From positions 5,647 to 69,646 of the forward strand of contig CAZUJN010000003.1 of the NCBI GenBank assembly GCA_964620475.1: a stretch of 64,000 nucleotides of DNA. The letters run 5' to 3'. Below are positions 18,603 to 28,446 of the stretch, in pieces. A program made the translations under genes and the position numbers. This DNA comes from an uncultured Candidatus Saccharibacteria bacterium. GTDB taxonomy: Bacteria; Patescibacteriota; Minisyncoccia; Phycocordibacterales; CAIZLB01. The notes under the pieces were generated by a model. It searched no databases, was not told the origin of the DNA, and saw only the letters and a program-made list of their open reading frames with translations. Each line of letters starts with the position of its first letter. Position 1 is the first letter of the stretch.

Positions 18603-19244
18603 CTAAACTTTAATTTCTTGTATCGGTCCATAGAAACATTCTTGTCTATTTGTATACACTGCCCACATTCTATCTCCATAACAATAATGCCACCATTCAC
18701 CTGGATACCATACAAAACCAGCTCTTTCCATAGCTTCTCTCAATATTTTTCTATTTTGTTTTTGATCTTCATTTATATCTTCAGAAAACATTTTTGCAAG
18801 TTTGTAATTAGAAGATAATTGAATAACTGTACCCATATCAACAAATTCACCAGAATCTTTATATATCAAAGTTAAATCTATCGCCCCACCGCAATTATGA
18901 TTAGCCAGAGGTGATGGTTTAGCAACCAATAAACCTGTTTGTTTTTCCCAATAATCAATATCGCTATCTGGAAATTCTTTTTTCATATTTTCATAGCACA
19001 TATCCCATTGTTGTTTTTGTTTTTCAAGAGGTCTAACACCTTCAACTATATATAAGCAAAATTCATCAGGAAGATTATTTGATGCTTTTTCTAACATTTC
19101 TATTAGAGCTTTACGTATTTTTATATCAGAATTTGCAAGACATACCTTTGAAGTAGGTATAATATTTACAATATATTCATTGTTTTCATTAATGATTATA
19201 TTTTGCCATTTTTCTTTTGAAAGTGTATTAGAAACTTGATACAT
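18603..19244 (-). CDS. D-Ala-D-Ala dipeptidase, VanX/DdpX (M15D) family
   Basis: PSPLANHNCGGAIDLTL (SxHxxGxAxD) and PGEWWHY motifs. Confidence 0.8.
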   Translation of the reverse strand: MYQVSNTLSKEKWQNIIINENNEYIVNIIPTSKVCLANSDIKIRKALIEMLEKASNNLPDEFCLYIVEGVRPLEKQKQQWDMCYENMKKEFPDSDIDYWEKQTGLLVAKPSPLANHNCGGAIDLTLIYKDSGEFVDMGTVIQLSSNYKLAKMFSEDINEDQKQNRKILREAMERAGFVWYPGEWWHYCYGDRMWAVYTNRQECFYGPIQEIKV

Positions 19245-19300
19245 AGTAAAATTATATCACAACCATTACTGACTATACTCAAAAAGTTACAGTGGTGTAA

Positions 19301-19564
19301 TTATTTACCAAACACCTCTTTTCTTCTTCCGTTTGCAAATTCTATATAATCTCCCAAAGTATCCAATCCTATTTTTAAACGTCTTTCATTAACTGATTCA
19401 GGGTTTTCCAAATCAATAACCTCATAGGTTTGTTTTTCTTCATTGAAGGTTATTTGTGTACCATATAACTGTTGATCACCCTCTGCTATTCTTATCTTAT
19501 CTTCAAGATATGCCATATCTTTTTTATCAACTTCTTGATCTGAAAAATCTTTCATGTCTTCCAA
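19301..19564 (-). CDS. Hypothetical acidic small protein
   Basis: 87-aa ORF, operon-like with its neighbours. Confidence 0.45.
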   Translation of the reverse strand: MEDMKDFSDQEVDKKDMAYLEDKIRIAEGDQQLYGTQITFNEEKQTYEVIDLENPESVNERRLKIGLDTLGDYIEFANGRRKEVFGK

Positions 19565-19687
19565 AACTTTTTTCTTAAATTCAATATCTTGTGAATGTAA
19601 TAATACTGTAACAAAATGATGTGATGCTGATTTTCCAACTTTACTTATAGTCGGAAACCCTATTTGTTAATATATTGATTTTATCTT

Positions 19688-19813
19688 TTAAGAATTTTGA
19701 CTATCAATTTCTAAATCAAATTTGCCACCAGCTCGAGTTTCCTGATCTAACTTGTGTATTAATTCTATTTCGTCAGCAATGTCTTTATATGAGGGTATGA
19801 TTTCTTGATTCAT
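19688..19813 (-). CDS. Hypothetical 41-aa ORF (not in the ORF track)
   Basis: MNQEIIPSYKDIADEIELIHKLDQETRAGGKFDLEIDSQNS; it starts 10 nt after the upstream gene's stop. Confidence 0.2.
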   Translation of the reverse strand: MNQEIIPSYKDIADEIELIHKLDQETRAGGKFDLEIDSQNS

Positions 19814-19823
19814 AATGTTTTAA

Positions 19824-20204
19824 TTACCTATATTTTTTATAACCTTTTTTACTCATACAATTCATAACCTCTGTATTAAAACTTTGAGAATTTGTTTCTA
19901 TCAAACATTCTTCATTAGCAGTCATTCTTTTTTGCTCGGAATAATTTCCAGAAATCCATAGAATTAGTAACAAAAGAGCAAAAGCAATTAAACCTATAAA
20001 AAAATGCTTTGTACTTTTAAAAGAAAACCAAAGGATGTTTAAGATTAAATAAATTATGAGTAGTATAATTATTTGTATAGATAAAGTAAGGTTTCCAAGT
20101 ACCATATTTTGCAGACCTAATAGGTAAAGTATTGTTAGTGACAATACAATATAAGTAATTAGTTTTGATTTTGTAAAATAAAAAAATTGTTTTATTAAAT
20201 TCAT
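19824..20204 (-). CDS. Hypothetical membrane protein (3 TM)
   Basis: Hydrophobic helices; C-terminal basic tail. Confidence 0.5.
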   Translation of the reverse strand: MNLIKQFFYFTKSKLITYIVLSLTILYLLGLQNMVLGNLTLSIQIIILLIIYLILNILWFSFKSTKHFFIGLIAFALLLLILWISGNYSEQKRMTANEECLIETNSQSFNTEVMNCMSKKGYKKYR

Positions 20205-20514
20205 GGTGATAATTATACCACAACTATTAAGCCTTGATGTTAGCCGTGTTAGGGATTTTTCACATTTCTCATTTTAAATATTTTTTATACATATCAATAT
20301 AGCCATATAAACAAAGGTTCATATACACTTTACTCATAAAACATCAAAATCATTAATCGGAGCATTTGTATGTTGCTGATAAAATTTAATCGTACCCTTG
20401 AAAAGGGGTATAAAAAAATTGTCTAAACAATAATAAATTAACAATAAGCAAAAAAACAAAAACATGGAAAACAAAAATAAAACATAAATAAAAAAAATAT
20501 AAACAAACAAAATT

Positions 20515-21801
20515 ATGAGTAAAAAATTAAGCTGGACAACAACCCAAAAAACAATAAACGAATTAATCCCTCAAAAGATTAATCCCAGAACAATTACAGA
20601 AAAACAAATTTCCGATCTTACTAGAAGCTTGAAGAAGTATAACCTAGTAGAGATACCTGCTATAGACTTAGACGGGACAATACTGGCTGGTCACCAAAGG
20701 ATCAAAGTGATGAAGATACTCGGACGAGGTGATGAACTTATAGATGTCCGCATGCCAAATCGTAAATTAACAGAGCAGGAGTCAAATGAATACCTAATAG
20801 CTTCGAACAAACTCGGCGGAGACTGGGATTATGATCTGTTAAAGACATTTGAATTCGACACTCTTGAGTTTGCAGGATTCGACAAGATAGAACTTACTAA
20901 TATGTGGGATGGAGATAAGAAAGCTGAAGATGATGAATTTATCATAGAGAAAGAATTGAAAGAAATAAAGGTTCCAAAAACAAAGATTGGGGATATTATT
21001 AAACTTGGCAAGCATAAGATTATTTGTGGCGATTCCACTAAACAAGAAACACTCACAAGGCTTTTGGGTAATGAGAAGGTGTCAATGATTTATTCGGATC
21101 CAGTGTATAACATAAACGTGAACTATGGTGGTGGTATTGGAGGTCAACAAAATTATGGTGGTGATGTAAACGACTCAAGAACATTTGATGAGTACAGGAA
21201 GTTTTTAAAAAACAGTATCGAGTGTGCGTTGGCGGTATCCAAACAGCATACTCATATATTTTACTGGTGCGACCAGATATATATCGGAGTGGTGCAAGAT
21301 ATTTATAGATCATTAGGTATAGAGAATAAAAGAGTATGTCTATGGATAAAGAATAATCAAAACCCTGTCCCTACTGTAGCGTTTAATAAAGTGTATGAAC
21401 CAGTGGTTTATGGAGTTCGGGGAAAACCACATCTTACAAAAACCATCCAGAATCTAAATGAGGTGATGAACAAAGAACTAACCACAGGTAACAACCTACT
21501 GGAAGAAATAAATGACATATGGATAGCAAAAAGGCTTTCCTCAAAAGATTATGAACATGCAACATCTAAACCAATAGAACTTCATGAAAAAGCTATAAGA
21601 AGATGTAGTAAGATGGGTGATATTATCCTAGATAGTTTTCTTGGCTCTGGAAGCACATTGATTGCAGGAGAAGCTCTGGGTCGAAGAGTTTATGGGTGTG
21701 AACTTGAGCCAGTATTTTGTGATCTTATAATCCGTCGATACGAAAAACTTACTGGCACTAAAGCAGTGATAGAACACCATGAAGAAAAACAAGGTCTATA
21801 A
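20515..21801 (+). CDS. ParB-like nuclease domain fused to an N4/N6 DNA methyltransferase (phage-type orphan methylase)
   Basis: N-terminal ParB/Srx fold (LAGHQRIKVMK). DPVYNI lies at the position of the catalytic DPPY; C-terminal SAM motif DSFLGSGST (beta-class order). Confidence 0.8.
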   Translation: MSKKLSWTTTQKTINELIPQKINPRTITEKQISDLTRSLKKYNLVEIPAIDLDGTILAGHQRIKVMKILGRGDELIDVRMPNRKLTEQESNEYLIASNKLGGDWDYDLLKTFEFDTLEFAGFDKIELTNMWDGDKKAEDDEFIIEKELKEIKVPKTKIGDIIKLGKHKIICGDSTKQETLTRLLGNEKVSMIYSDPVYNINVNYGGGIGGQQNYGGDVNDSRTFDEYRKFLKNSIECALAVSKQHTHIFYWCDQIYIGVVQDIYRSLGIENKRVCLWIKNNQNPVPTVAFNKVYEPVVYGVRGKPHLTKTIQNLNEVMNKELTTGNNLLEEINDIWIAKRLSSKDYEHATSKPIELHEKAIRRCSKMGDIILDSFLGSGSTLIAGEALGRRVYGCELEPVFCDLIIRRYEKLTGTKAVIEHHEEKQGL

Positions 21802-22177
21802 AAATTTCTTAGAGGAATTAGAGAGAACACCTATAATTTCTATTGCCTGTGAAAAATCTAACATATCCAGAAATACCTTTTATCGTTGGATGAAGGAAGA
21901 TAAAAATTTTTCACTACTAGCAAATGAATCACTGAAAAGAGGTATTGATCTAGTTAACGACGTGGCTGAAAGTAATATCCTTAACGGTATCAAAAATCAG
22001 GATAGAAAATCAACCGAGTATTGGCTTAGTCATAGACACCCTGTATACAAAAAACAGAATTATTATCATAAGGAAGATACAAGAGCGTTGGATAAAAAAA
22101 ACCATGAACAAAAAATAGAAGAAGCAAGGCGAAGAATGACTGAGTTTCAAGATAAATGGTTTAAGAAAGGTAAATGA
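21779..22177 (+). CDS. Terminase small subunit-like / homeodomain-like HTH protein
   Basis: ISRNTFYRWMKEDKNF HTH region; overlaps the methylase gene by 23 nt. Confidence 0.5.
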   Translation: MKKNKVYKNFLEELERTPIISIACEKSNISRNTFYRWMKEDKNFSLLANESLKRGIDLVNDVAESNILNGIKNQDRKSTEYWLSHRHPVYKKQNYYHKEDTRALDKKNHEQKIEEARRRMTEFQDKWFKKGK

Positions 22178-22178
22178 T

Positions 22179-22637
22179 TTACGACCTAACCTTATCTTTC
22201 AATTCATCAATTCTCTTCTTTACATTATATGGAGATTCGATATTTTTGAGTACAATCTCTAAACTACCAGATCCTGCTGTGTTTATAGCAATAGCACCTG
22301 AATGGCTTATCACTCTATCAAAAAAAGGTTCTCTAACATGAACATCGGTTATTTTCTGATAATCAATACTTGTTGTATTTGTAGATAGCCAACCTTTGTG
22401 TATTAAAATTCTTTTGTTAGTAAGTGCATAAACATTTGCAACTTTTTGGTAAAAACGAAAATTAAATAGAGCAATAAGAAATACAATTATTCCCATACCG
22501 AATGCTGGTAATAAAAATACACTCACTATACCCCAGATTATTAATTGTACTTTTAAGTATCTTCTACCTAGAGAAAACTCCAATTCTACTTTTTCGTCTG
22601 CATTTAGGGTTTTATCCCAGATTTTTTCATTTGTCAT
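22179..22637 (-). CDS. Bacterial PH-domain (bPH_2, YdbS/YdbT-like) membrane protein
   Basis: Two TMs followed by ALTNKRILIHKGWLSTNTTSIDYQKITDVHVREPFFDR. Confidence 0.6.
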   Translation of the reverse strand: MTNEKIWDKTLNADEKVELEFSLGRRYLKVQLIIWGIVSVFLLPAFGMGIIVFLIALFNFRFYQKVANVYALTNKRILIHKGWLSTNTTSIDYQKITDVHVREPFFDRVISHSGAIAINTAGSGSLEIVLKNIESPYNVKKRIDELKDKVRS

Positions 22638-22989
22638 AATTTTGCTTGATCGGCTTTAAAATTATTTGATAATAATGATGTGTTTTCTGTTGTATACAAA
22701 AAGCCCATCACGGGTAAGAGCCGAAGCTCTTCGTACCAGTTTCCCGATACGGCGATCAAGCAAAACCCCATGACGGGTTCTTTACACTTGATCGACTTTA
22801 GACCATATCCTTTAAAGTTAATTAAAGGGGTTAGGTCACAATTTGGTTGTAATTCCATAATACTTTATTTCAAAGTATTAGTCTATATTATATCGCTGAT
22901 TATAGCTTTTGCTAAGCTATTACGACCATGTAATAAAACCGCTGTTTTGCATAGCTATGCACCTGTAATGGTTGCGACACAATTGATAT

Positions 22990-24261
22990 ATGCAAGACAC
23001 AGAACTTAAATATTGCTTATACGCACGTAAATCAACCGAGGGGGATGAAAAACAAGCTTTATCAATAGACTCTCAGATAAAAGAAATGTTACAGATTGCA
23101 GAACGTGAAAACCTAAAAATTATCGAGATCAGAAAAGAATCACACTCAGCGAAGGAATCTAGTCAAAGACCAGTATTTGAAGAAATTGTTAAAGATATAG
23201 ATGGTGGTATTTTTAACTCAATAATAACTTGGGCACCTGATAGACTTTCTCGTAATGCAGGGGACCTTGGAAAATTAGTAGATAGAATGGATCAAAAAAA
23301 ATTAATTCAGATTAAAACTTTTGGACAAAATTTCACAAACTCTCCAAGTGATAAATTCCTATTAATGATTTTATGTTCTCAAGCAAAGCTTGAAAATGAT
23401 AATAAGAGTATCAATGTGAAGCGAGGTATGAGAACTCGTTGTGAGATGGGTTTATGGCCAGCACAACCACCCACAGGCTATAGAAAAGTAAATGATAGAA
23501 CTGCTAAGTGTGAAGTAGAGATTGATCCAGATAGATACAACACCATAAGACAAATATTTGAAAAAATTGCATATGAAAAGTGGAGCGTGTCTAAAGTTCA
23601 CGCATGGTTAAGATATGATATTAATTTCAAAACACAACGTGGATATAACTTAAGTATTGGAAATGTTTTTAAAATAATTAATAACACTTTTTACTATGGT
23701 AGATTTGAATTTCCTCAAGGAAGTGGTATTTGGTATGAAGGTATACATAAACCAATAATAACAAAAGAATTATTTGACGAGACACGAAGTGCTGTGAAAT
23801 CTCAAGTTATAAAATCACAAGGTAAAGAATTTGCTTTTACTAGAATTATGAAGTGTGGGGTGTGCGGATCTGGAATTACCGCTGATGAGAAGTTTAAGAA
23901 GATAAAGCATGGTGGAGTTAACAGATATGTATATTACAGATGCACAAAAGCAAAAGATAGGAATTGTAAAAATCCTGCTTTAAACGAAACTGAATTAATA
24001 GAATCTTTTATTAGTATGATTAATAAACTTAATATCAACAAAGTTAAACTTACAACAAAACTTGATATCGAGATACAAAAGTTCAAGAAGTTGCAAGCAA
24101 TGTTTTTAGGTAGAAAGAAAACAGAGAAAATAGAATCTATAGATCTTAAGGATTATATGAAATTTGTACTCAAGGAAGGCTCTATTTTAGAGCAAAGGGC
24201 TGTGTTGGAGTGTATCGAAAGTGAATTATTTATGAATAATAAAAAGATAAGAACTGATTAA
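22990..24261 (+). CDS. Large serine recombinase (resolvase/integrase family with zinc ribbon)
   Basis: YARKSTEGDEKQALSIDSQ catalytic region, DRLSRN, CGVCGSG...YYRC zinc ribbon, C-terminal coiled coil. Confidence 0.85.
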   Translation: MQDTELKYCLYARKSTEGDEKQALSIDSQIKEMLQIAERENLKIIEIRKESHSAKESSQRPVFEEIVKDIDGGIFNSIITWAPDRLSRNAGDLGKLVDRMDQKKLIQIKTFGQNFTNSPSDKFLLMILCSQAKLENDNKSINVKRGMRTRCEMGLWPAQPPTGYRKVNDRTAKCEVEIDPDRYNTIRQIFEKIAYEKWSVSKVHAWLRYDINFKTQRGYNLSIGNVFKIINNTFYYGRFEFPQGSGIWYEGIHKPIITKELFDETRSAVKSQVIKSQGKEFAFTRIMKCGVCGSGITADEKFKKIKHGGVNRYVYYRCTKAKDRNCKNPALNETELIESFISMINKLNINKVKLTTKLDIEIQKFKKLQAMFLGRKKTEKIESIDLKDYMKFVLKEGSILEQRAVLECIESELFMNNKKIRTD

Positions 24262-24262
24262 C

Positions 24263-26482
24263 TTAATTAATACCAAAGGTATTATAATGATCTATATCGA
24301 CACTCTTAATTACATCAAAATAATTTTTAATTCTCTGTTTACAGCCCTGTAAGACTGCAATATCATACTTTTCAAGACCTAAAAATTCATGTGATCCATG
24401 ATTAATGAAACGATTCATAACCTTCTCTTCTTGACCTACTTCCTGTACTATAATATCTTTTTGTGCAGGGTCTGTTTTTTTTAGTCTAATATCTTTATAG
24501 TTTGTATACAGTTGTTTTAGTTTGCTTTTTAAATCTCCATGACCATACTTAAAATGTAGAAAAGTTTCAATTGATCGACGAAGTAAATTGGCTGCCAAAA
24601 TTGCATCATCTAAACTCGTACTATCTTTTATATCATTAAGTTTAGTAATCGCATACAAATAGTCCGATCTATAGTTTTTAAGACTTTCATCAAGTATTTT
24701 TATTGATGACCCGGCATTATTCATACTTATTTGATAAAAGTTGACTAAATCATATTTAATTGTTCCGTCAGGCTTTTTATAATCCTGAAGTAGGTGTCCA
24801 AAAAAATCTAAATTGTGTGTAAAAATAAAATATTGCCGATTATCATCCTGCTCAATCTCACCAGACAGAATAGCATATACTTGGAAAAGTGAATCAGAAT
24901 CTAGACTGGATACAGGATCATCAATAACAATAATTGCATCATTATCTAATTTATCATCTTCATCATTAATTGAAAGTAAAAAATAAGCAAGCGCTAAGAA
25001 ATTTCTTTCACCTTCACTCAAATTGTCTAAACTACACTTTACGCTGTCTCTTTTTAAAACGTATCCAACTTCTTCAGTGGAATCATCAAGCTCTATTTTT
25101 TTATATGGAAAAGTTGAAGCCAACAATCTATTTATTCGATCAGCTGGAATTTGAACATTTTTTGCTTCTTTTTTAAGATCTTTTAATTCTTGTTCAAGTT
25201 TTTTTATTTCATTGCTCTTATCTAATCTACTTTTTAAGCAATCTGTGTAGACTTTCTTTTTATCAAGATATTTTAAATATTCAATGGCAACATAATGAGT
25301 TTCAACGGACCATGCTGTTTTATTGACATCAAAGACCTCTTCATCAATAAAGAGATTATTAAACTCACAAGAATCTATCCCTTTAATTTTATTTTCTTTT
25401 TTGATTTTTATTTTTTCTTGTAAAGTGATAAAAAAAGTTTTCAAACTCTTTTTCTCTGAAGTGTAAAAAAATTCGCAGGAAATAATCTCATTTAAAGCAT
25501 CTTCAGTGCTTTTACTTAAAATGTCTAATATATTATTTAATTCAATAACATCATTAGAAAAATTTTTTAATAATTCATCTCTGTTTTGAATTTTCGAACC
25601 ACAAAAAAGACAGGTATCGAGCTTCTCGTCCTCATTATAAAGTTTATGTATATCTACACCCTTTCTAACCCAATCTTCTTCTTTACCTCCGTCAGGATAA
25701 CTACTCATTCTCATGGATTTTTCATAAACTGGAGTAAATTTTAAATATTTATTTATTTTTTCTAGATTTTCAATTACCCAATAATTCCATTTCTTGAGAA
25801 TTTTATATTCTCTTTCTTTTTCAGATAAATTTGAAAGTGTCGCTAATAGTTTTTTTAATTTATCGTCGTCTTTTATAAAGTTTTCTAATTGATTACCTCT
25901 ATTAATCTGTTTTGACAGCCAGTCCACCCTTACCTCAAAAGAACTTTTATCATATCCTGTGAAATTTCCAACTCCTCCAGTAGCAGGATCTTTTTTAATA
26001 TGACCAATACCAGGTAGCAATTTAATGAATTTAGAAGCATTTTGAGATATATCTTCATACTCATTCTTGCACTGAGGAAGTTTAAGAAGCTCGTCTCTAG
26101 CAATATCTAATTCTTTTTGTTTGTTAGAGAAATCAACCTCTGTGGCACCTATTGCAACGACATATTTTAAATGAGTTTGATCTATAATCTTTTTTATATA
26201 ATCTTCATTAAAAACACGAATTTTACTTTCATAACCAGAAAGTTCGTCTTGTTTTTTTGCACCCGTATCAAATCCTACAGTAAAATTTGCTCCACTTATT
26301 TTACTTCCACTCTCAATTATCCCTTTCTCATAAGATTGTAGAATTCTAGATATAATCGTTTTTCCACACCCGTTCCAACCTAATAAAATATTTACTTTAC
26401 TATGAAATTCTGGAATAGTTGTGTCCCATTGAAAGTTTTTAAATGTACCGAAATTAATTGATTGTATCTTTTTAATTTTCAT
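24263..26482 (-). CDS. RloC-like ABC-type ATPase with zinc-hook coiled-coil insertion and putative C-terminal HEPN-like anticodon-nuclease domain
   Basis: Walker A GWNGCGKT; ABC signature LSEGERNFLALAYFL; Walker B IVIDDPVSSLD. The coiled-coil insert has CLFCG (CxxC); the C-terminus has RRSIETFLH (Rx6H). It overlaps the upstream methyltransferase gene by 11 nt. Confidence 0.55.
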   Translation of the reverse strand: MKIKKIQSINFGTFKNFQWDTTIPEFHSKVNILLGWNGCGKTIISRILQSYEKGIIESGSKISGANFTVGFDTGAKKQDELSGYESKIRVFNEDYIKKIIDQTHLKYVVAIGATEVDFSNKQKELDIARDELLKLPQCKNEYEDISQNASKFIKLLPGIGHIKKDPATGGVGNFTGYDKSSFEVRVDWLSKQINRGNQLENFIKDDDKLKKLLATLSNLSEKEREYKILKKWNYWVIENLEKINKYLKFTPVYEKSMRMSSYPDGGKEEDWVRKGVDIHKLYNEDEKLDTCLFCGSKIQNRDELLKNFSNDVIELNNILDILSKSTEDALNEIISCEFFYTSEKKSLKTFFITLQEKIKIKKENKIKGIDSCEFNNLFIDEEVFDVNKTAWSVETHYVAIEYLKYLDKKKVYTDCLKSRLDKSNEIKKLEQELKDLKKEAKNVQIPADRINRLLASTFPYKKIELDDSTEEVGYVLKRDSVKCSLDNLSEGERNFLALAYFLLSINDEDDKLDNDAIIVIDDPVSSLDSDSLFQVYAILSGEIEQDDNRQYFIFTHNLDFFGHLLQDYKKPDGTIKYDLVNFYQISMNNAGSSIKILDESLKNYRSDYLYAITKLNDIKDSTSLDDAILAANLLRRSIETFLHFKYGHGDLKSKLKQLYTNYKDIRLKKTDPAQKDIIVQEVGQEEKVMNRFINHGSHEFLGLEKYDIAVLQGCKQRIKNYFDVIKSVDIDHYNTFGIN

Positions 26483-27461
26483 GACTCTTCAAATCTTTCA
26501 TTATTTTTTTTGCTAAAAAGTGTGCAAGGTTAACAGGTACAGCATTACCGATCATCTTATAGCCATTTGCCACATCATTATATTTAAAAATAAATGTATC
26601 AGGAAATGTCTGAACTCTTGCACATTCACGGACAGATAAACGACGATATAAATGTTCTTTTCCAGGAACAAATATTCTTTTATTTTGTTCAATAAATTTC
26701 ATTTTTGGAGCTTGTGGGTGGAGTGGAGCATGACGACCACCAGCCTGAATGGTAAAGGAAGGTTCATCCCAAGATCTAACACGATTTCTTGACATATATA
26801 TAGTCGAAAAACCACCAATCATGTACTCATGATTTGGAATTTTCAATTTATCACCATTAGTTTTATTTTTATCTTTTGCAGGTTTTGCTAATCGTAAATC
26901 GTAAATAGCATCCTTTAGAACAGGTTTATGCTTTTGAGGCTCAGGAAATTCAAATTTCTTTTTTAATTTTTTATGATATCCGACAATAATTACACGAAGT
27001 CTATCTTCAGGAACACCGTAATCATTTGCGTTTAATAATTTCCAAGAAATCACATACCCCGCACTCTCAAATGATTTAATTATGTTATTAAATGCATCTG
27101 CATGTTTTGGATGAAGTATACCTGAAACATTTTCTGCTAAAAAGAATTTTGGTTGTTTTTCTTTTAATAATCTAACATAATCAAAAAACAACTGACCTCT
27201 CTTATCATCTATACCACGACCAGCCCCGGCTTCACTCCAACTCTGACATGGTGGACCTCCAATAATTCCATCTACATCGGGTATATCTGAGTGGGATACG
27301 TTAACAATACTTCGTCGATCAAGTTTTGTTTTAGGAAAATTATGTTCAAAAGTCTCCCAAATAGTTGAATCATATTCATTAGCCCATACAACATGAAAAC
27401 CAGCCTTTTCAAAACCTAGATCGAGTCCTCCTGCACCAGTGAATAATGAAGCTATTTTCAT
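26472..27461 (-). CDS. C5-cytosine DNA methyltransferase
   Basis: Motif I FTGAGGLDLGF, motif IV GGPPCQSWS, motif VI ENV. Confidence 0.9.
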   Translation of the reverse strand: MKIASLFTGAGGLDLGFEKAGFHVVWANEYDSTIWETFEHNFPKTKLDRRSIVNVSHSDIPDVDGIIGGPPCQSWSEAGAGRGIDDKRGQLFFDYVRLLKEKQPKFFLAENVSGILHPKHADAFNNIIKSFESAGYVISWKLLNANDYGVPEDRLRVIIVGYHKKLKKKFEFPEPQKHKPVLKDAIYDLRLAKPAKDKNKTNGDKLKIPNHEYMIGGFSTIYMSRNRVRSWDEPSFTIQAGGRHAPLHPQAPKMKFIEQNKRIFVPGKEHLYRRLSVRECARVQTFPDTFIFKYNDVANGYKMIGNAVPVNLAHFLAKKIMKDLKSHEN

Positions 27462-27465
27462 AAAT

Positions 27466-28446
27466 TTAATCTTTACTTATATTTAGTGTATTTTTAAATA
27501 ATGTTTTTGGAGCTTTTATAAGGTTTATATCAAACTTTAAAGAAGACTCCACCCTAGAACTTGCATTGTGTATCCTAAATGAAAGTACCCAGTCATTGTT
27601 CATTGTAACAATAGCAGTTGTAATACTATCATTTTTAAAATCAACATCTAAAATTTCTGTTGGGAGCGGAACTTTAGGTGTTTTGTATTTTGGTTGAATA
27701 TCTTTAAAAGGAAGATTTAGTGTTCCATTAATATTATAAGCATGTATCTCAATTGAGTTTTTACCTTTTATAACTTTATAAAAATCTTTATTTCCAACTA
27801 AATACGCGACTAGATTAGATGCAACTTTTACAGGATCTTTTTCATATAGATCTTTTAATTCTTTTATAAATGCTTTCAAAATTGGAGTATATACAGAAGT
27901 GTGGTAGTCACCTAGTTCACTCCATTTTTTCTTAGCACCACTTTCTTTTCTAATATTTTCAAGATTTTGAAAAATAGGTGTTATTGTATTAAAATATTCT
28001 TTAGAATTTTTTATTCCTAACCACTTATCTCCAAAATCTATATTTGAAGAGAGCCTAGAGTGTTTAACTGCTTTATGATTATTTTTTGCAGATACCCCAA
28101 TTTCCCATTTTTGGAGGAGACGAATAGCTATGACATCACGGACATCTCCAGATTTACCATGATTATCTGATAAGATTTCAAGTTGTAAAATATCATCCTT
28201 ACCGATATCATTTGAAAGTCTAGGCTCTATATCAATTAAGAAATTTACAGCAAAACTTGCCGACAATAAATATTCACTTTTTTCACTATTTGTAACACTG
28301 TCAAAACAACTTTTAGCAACACTAAAAGCAGAATTTGTAATAATCTCTATATTTGTCTTATCCTTAAGCTTCTCTTCAAAGGAAATAAGAAGAGCGTATT
28401 CGAAGGATTTTCCTGTTGTCATCTGTTTTGAATTTGTACTTGCCAT
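27466..28446 (-). CDS. Type II restriction endonuclease, apparently HaeIII/NgoPII-like family (GGCC-type); partner of the m5C methylase
   Basis: Stops 4 nt before the methyltransferase start. Pattern GDVRDVIAIR...WEIGVSAKNNHKAVKHSRLS...KWSEL...FYKVI...LSFRIHNAS...SLKFDI recalled as HaeIII-family; this needs a database check. Confidence 0.5.
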   Translation of the reverse strand: MASTNSKQMTTGKSFEYALLISFEEKLKDKTNIEIITNSAFSVAKSCFDSVTNSEKSEYLLSASFAVNFLIDIEPRLSNDIGKDDILQLEILSDNHGKSGDVRDVIAIRLLQKWEIGVSAKNNHKAVKHSRLSSNIDFGDKWLGIKNSKEYFNTITPIFQNLENIRKESGAKKKWSELGDYHTSVYTPILKAFIKELKDLYEKDPVKVASNLVAYLVGNKDFYKVIKGKNSIEIHAYNINGTLNLPFKDIQPKYKTPKVPLPTEILDVDFKNDSITTAIVTMNNDWVLSFRIHNASSRVESSLKFDINLIKAPKTLFKNTLNISKD

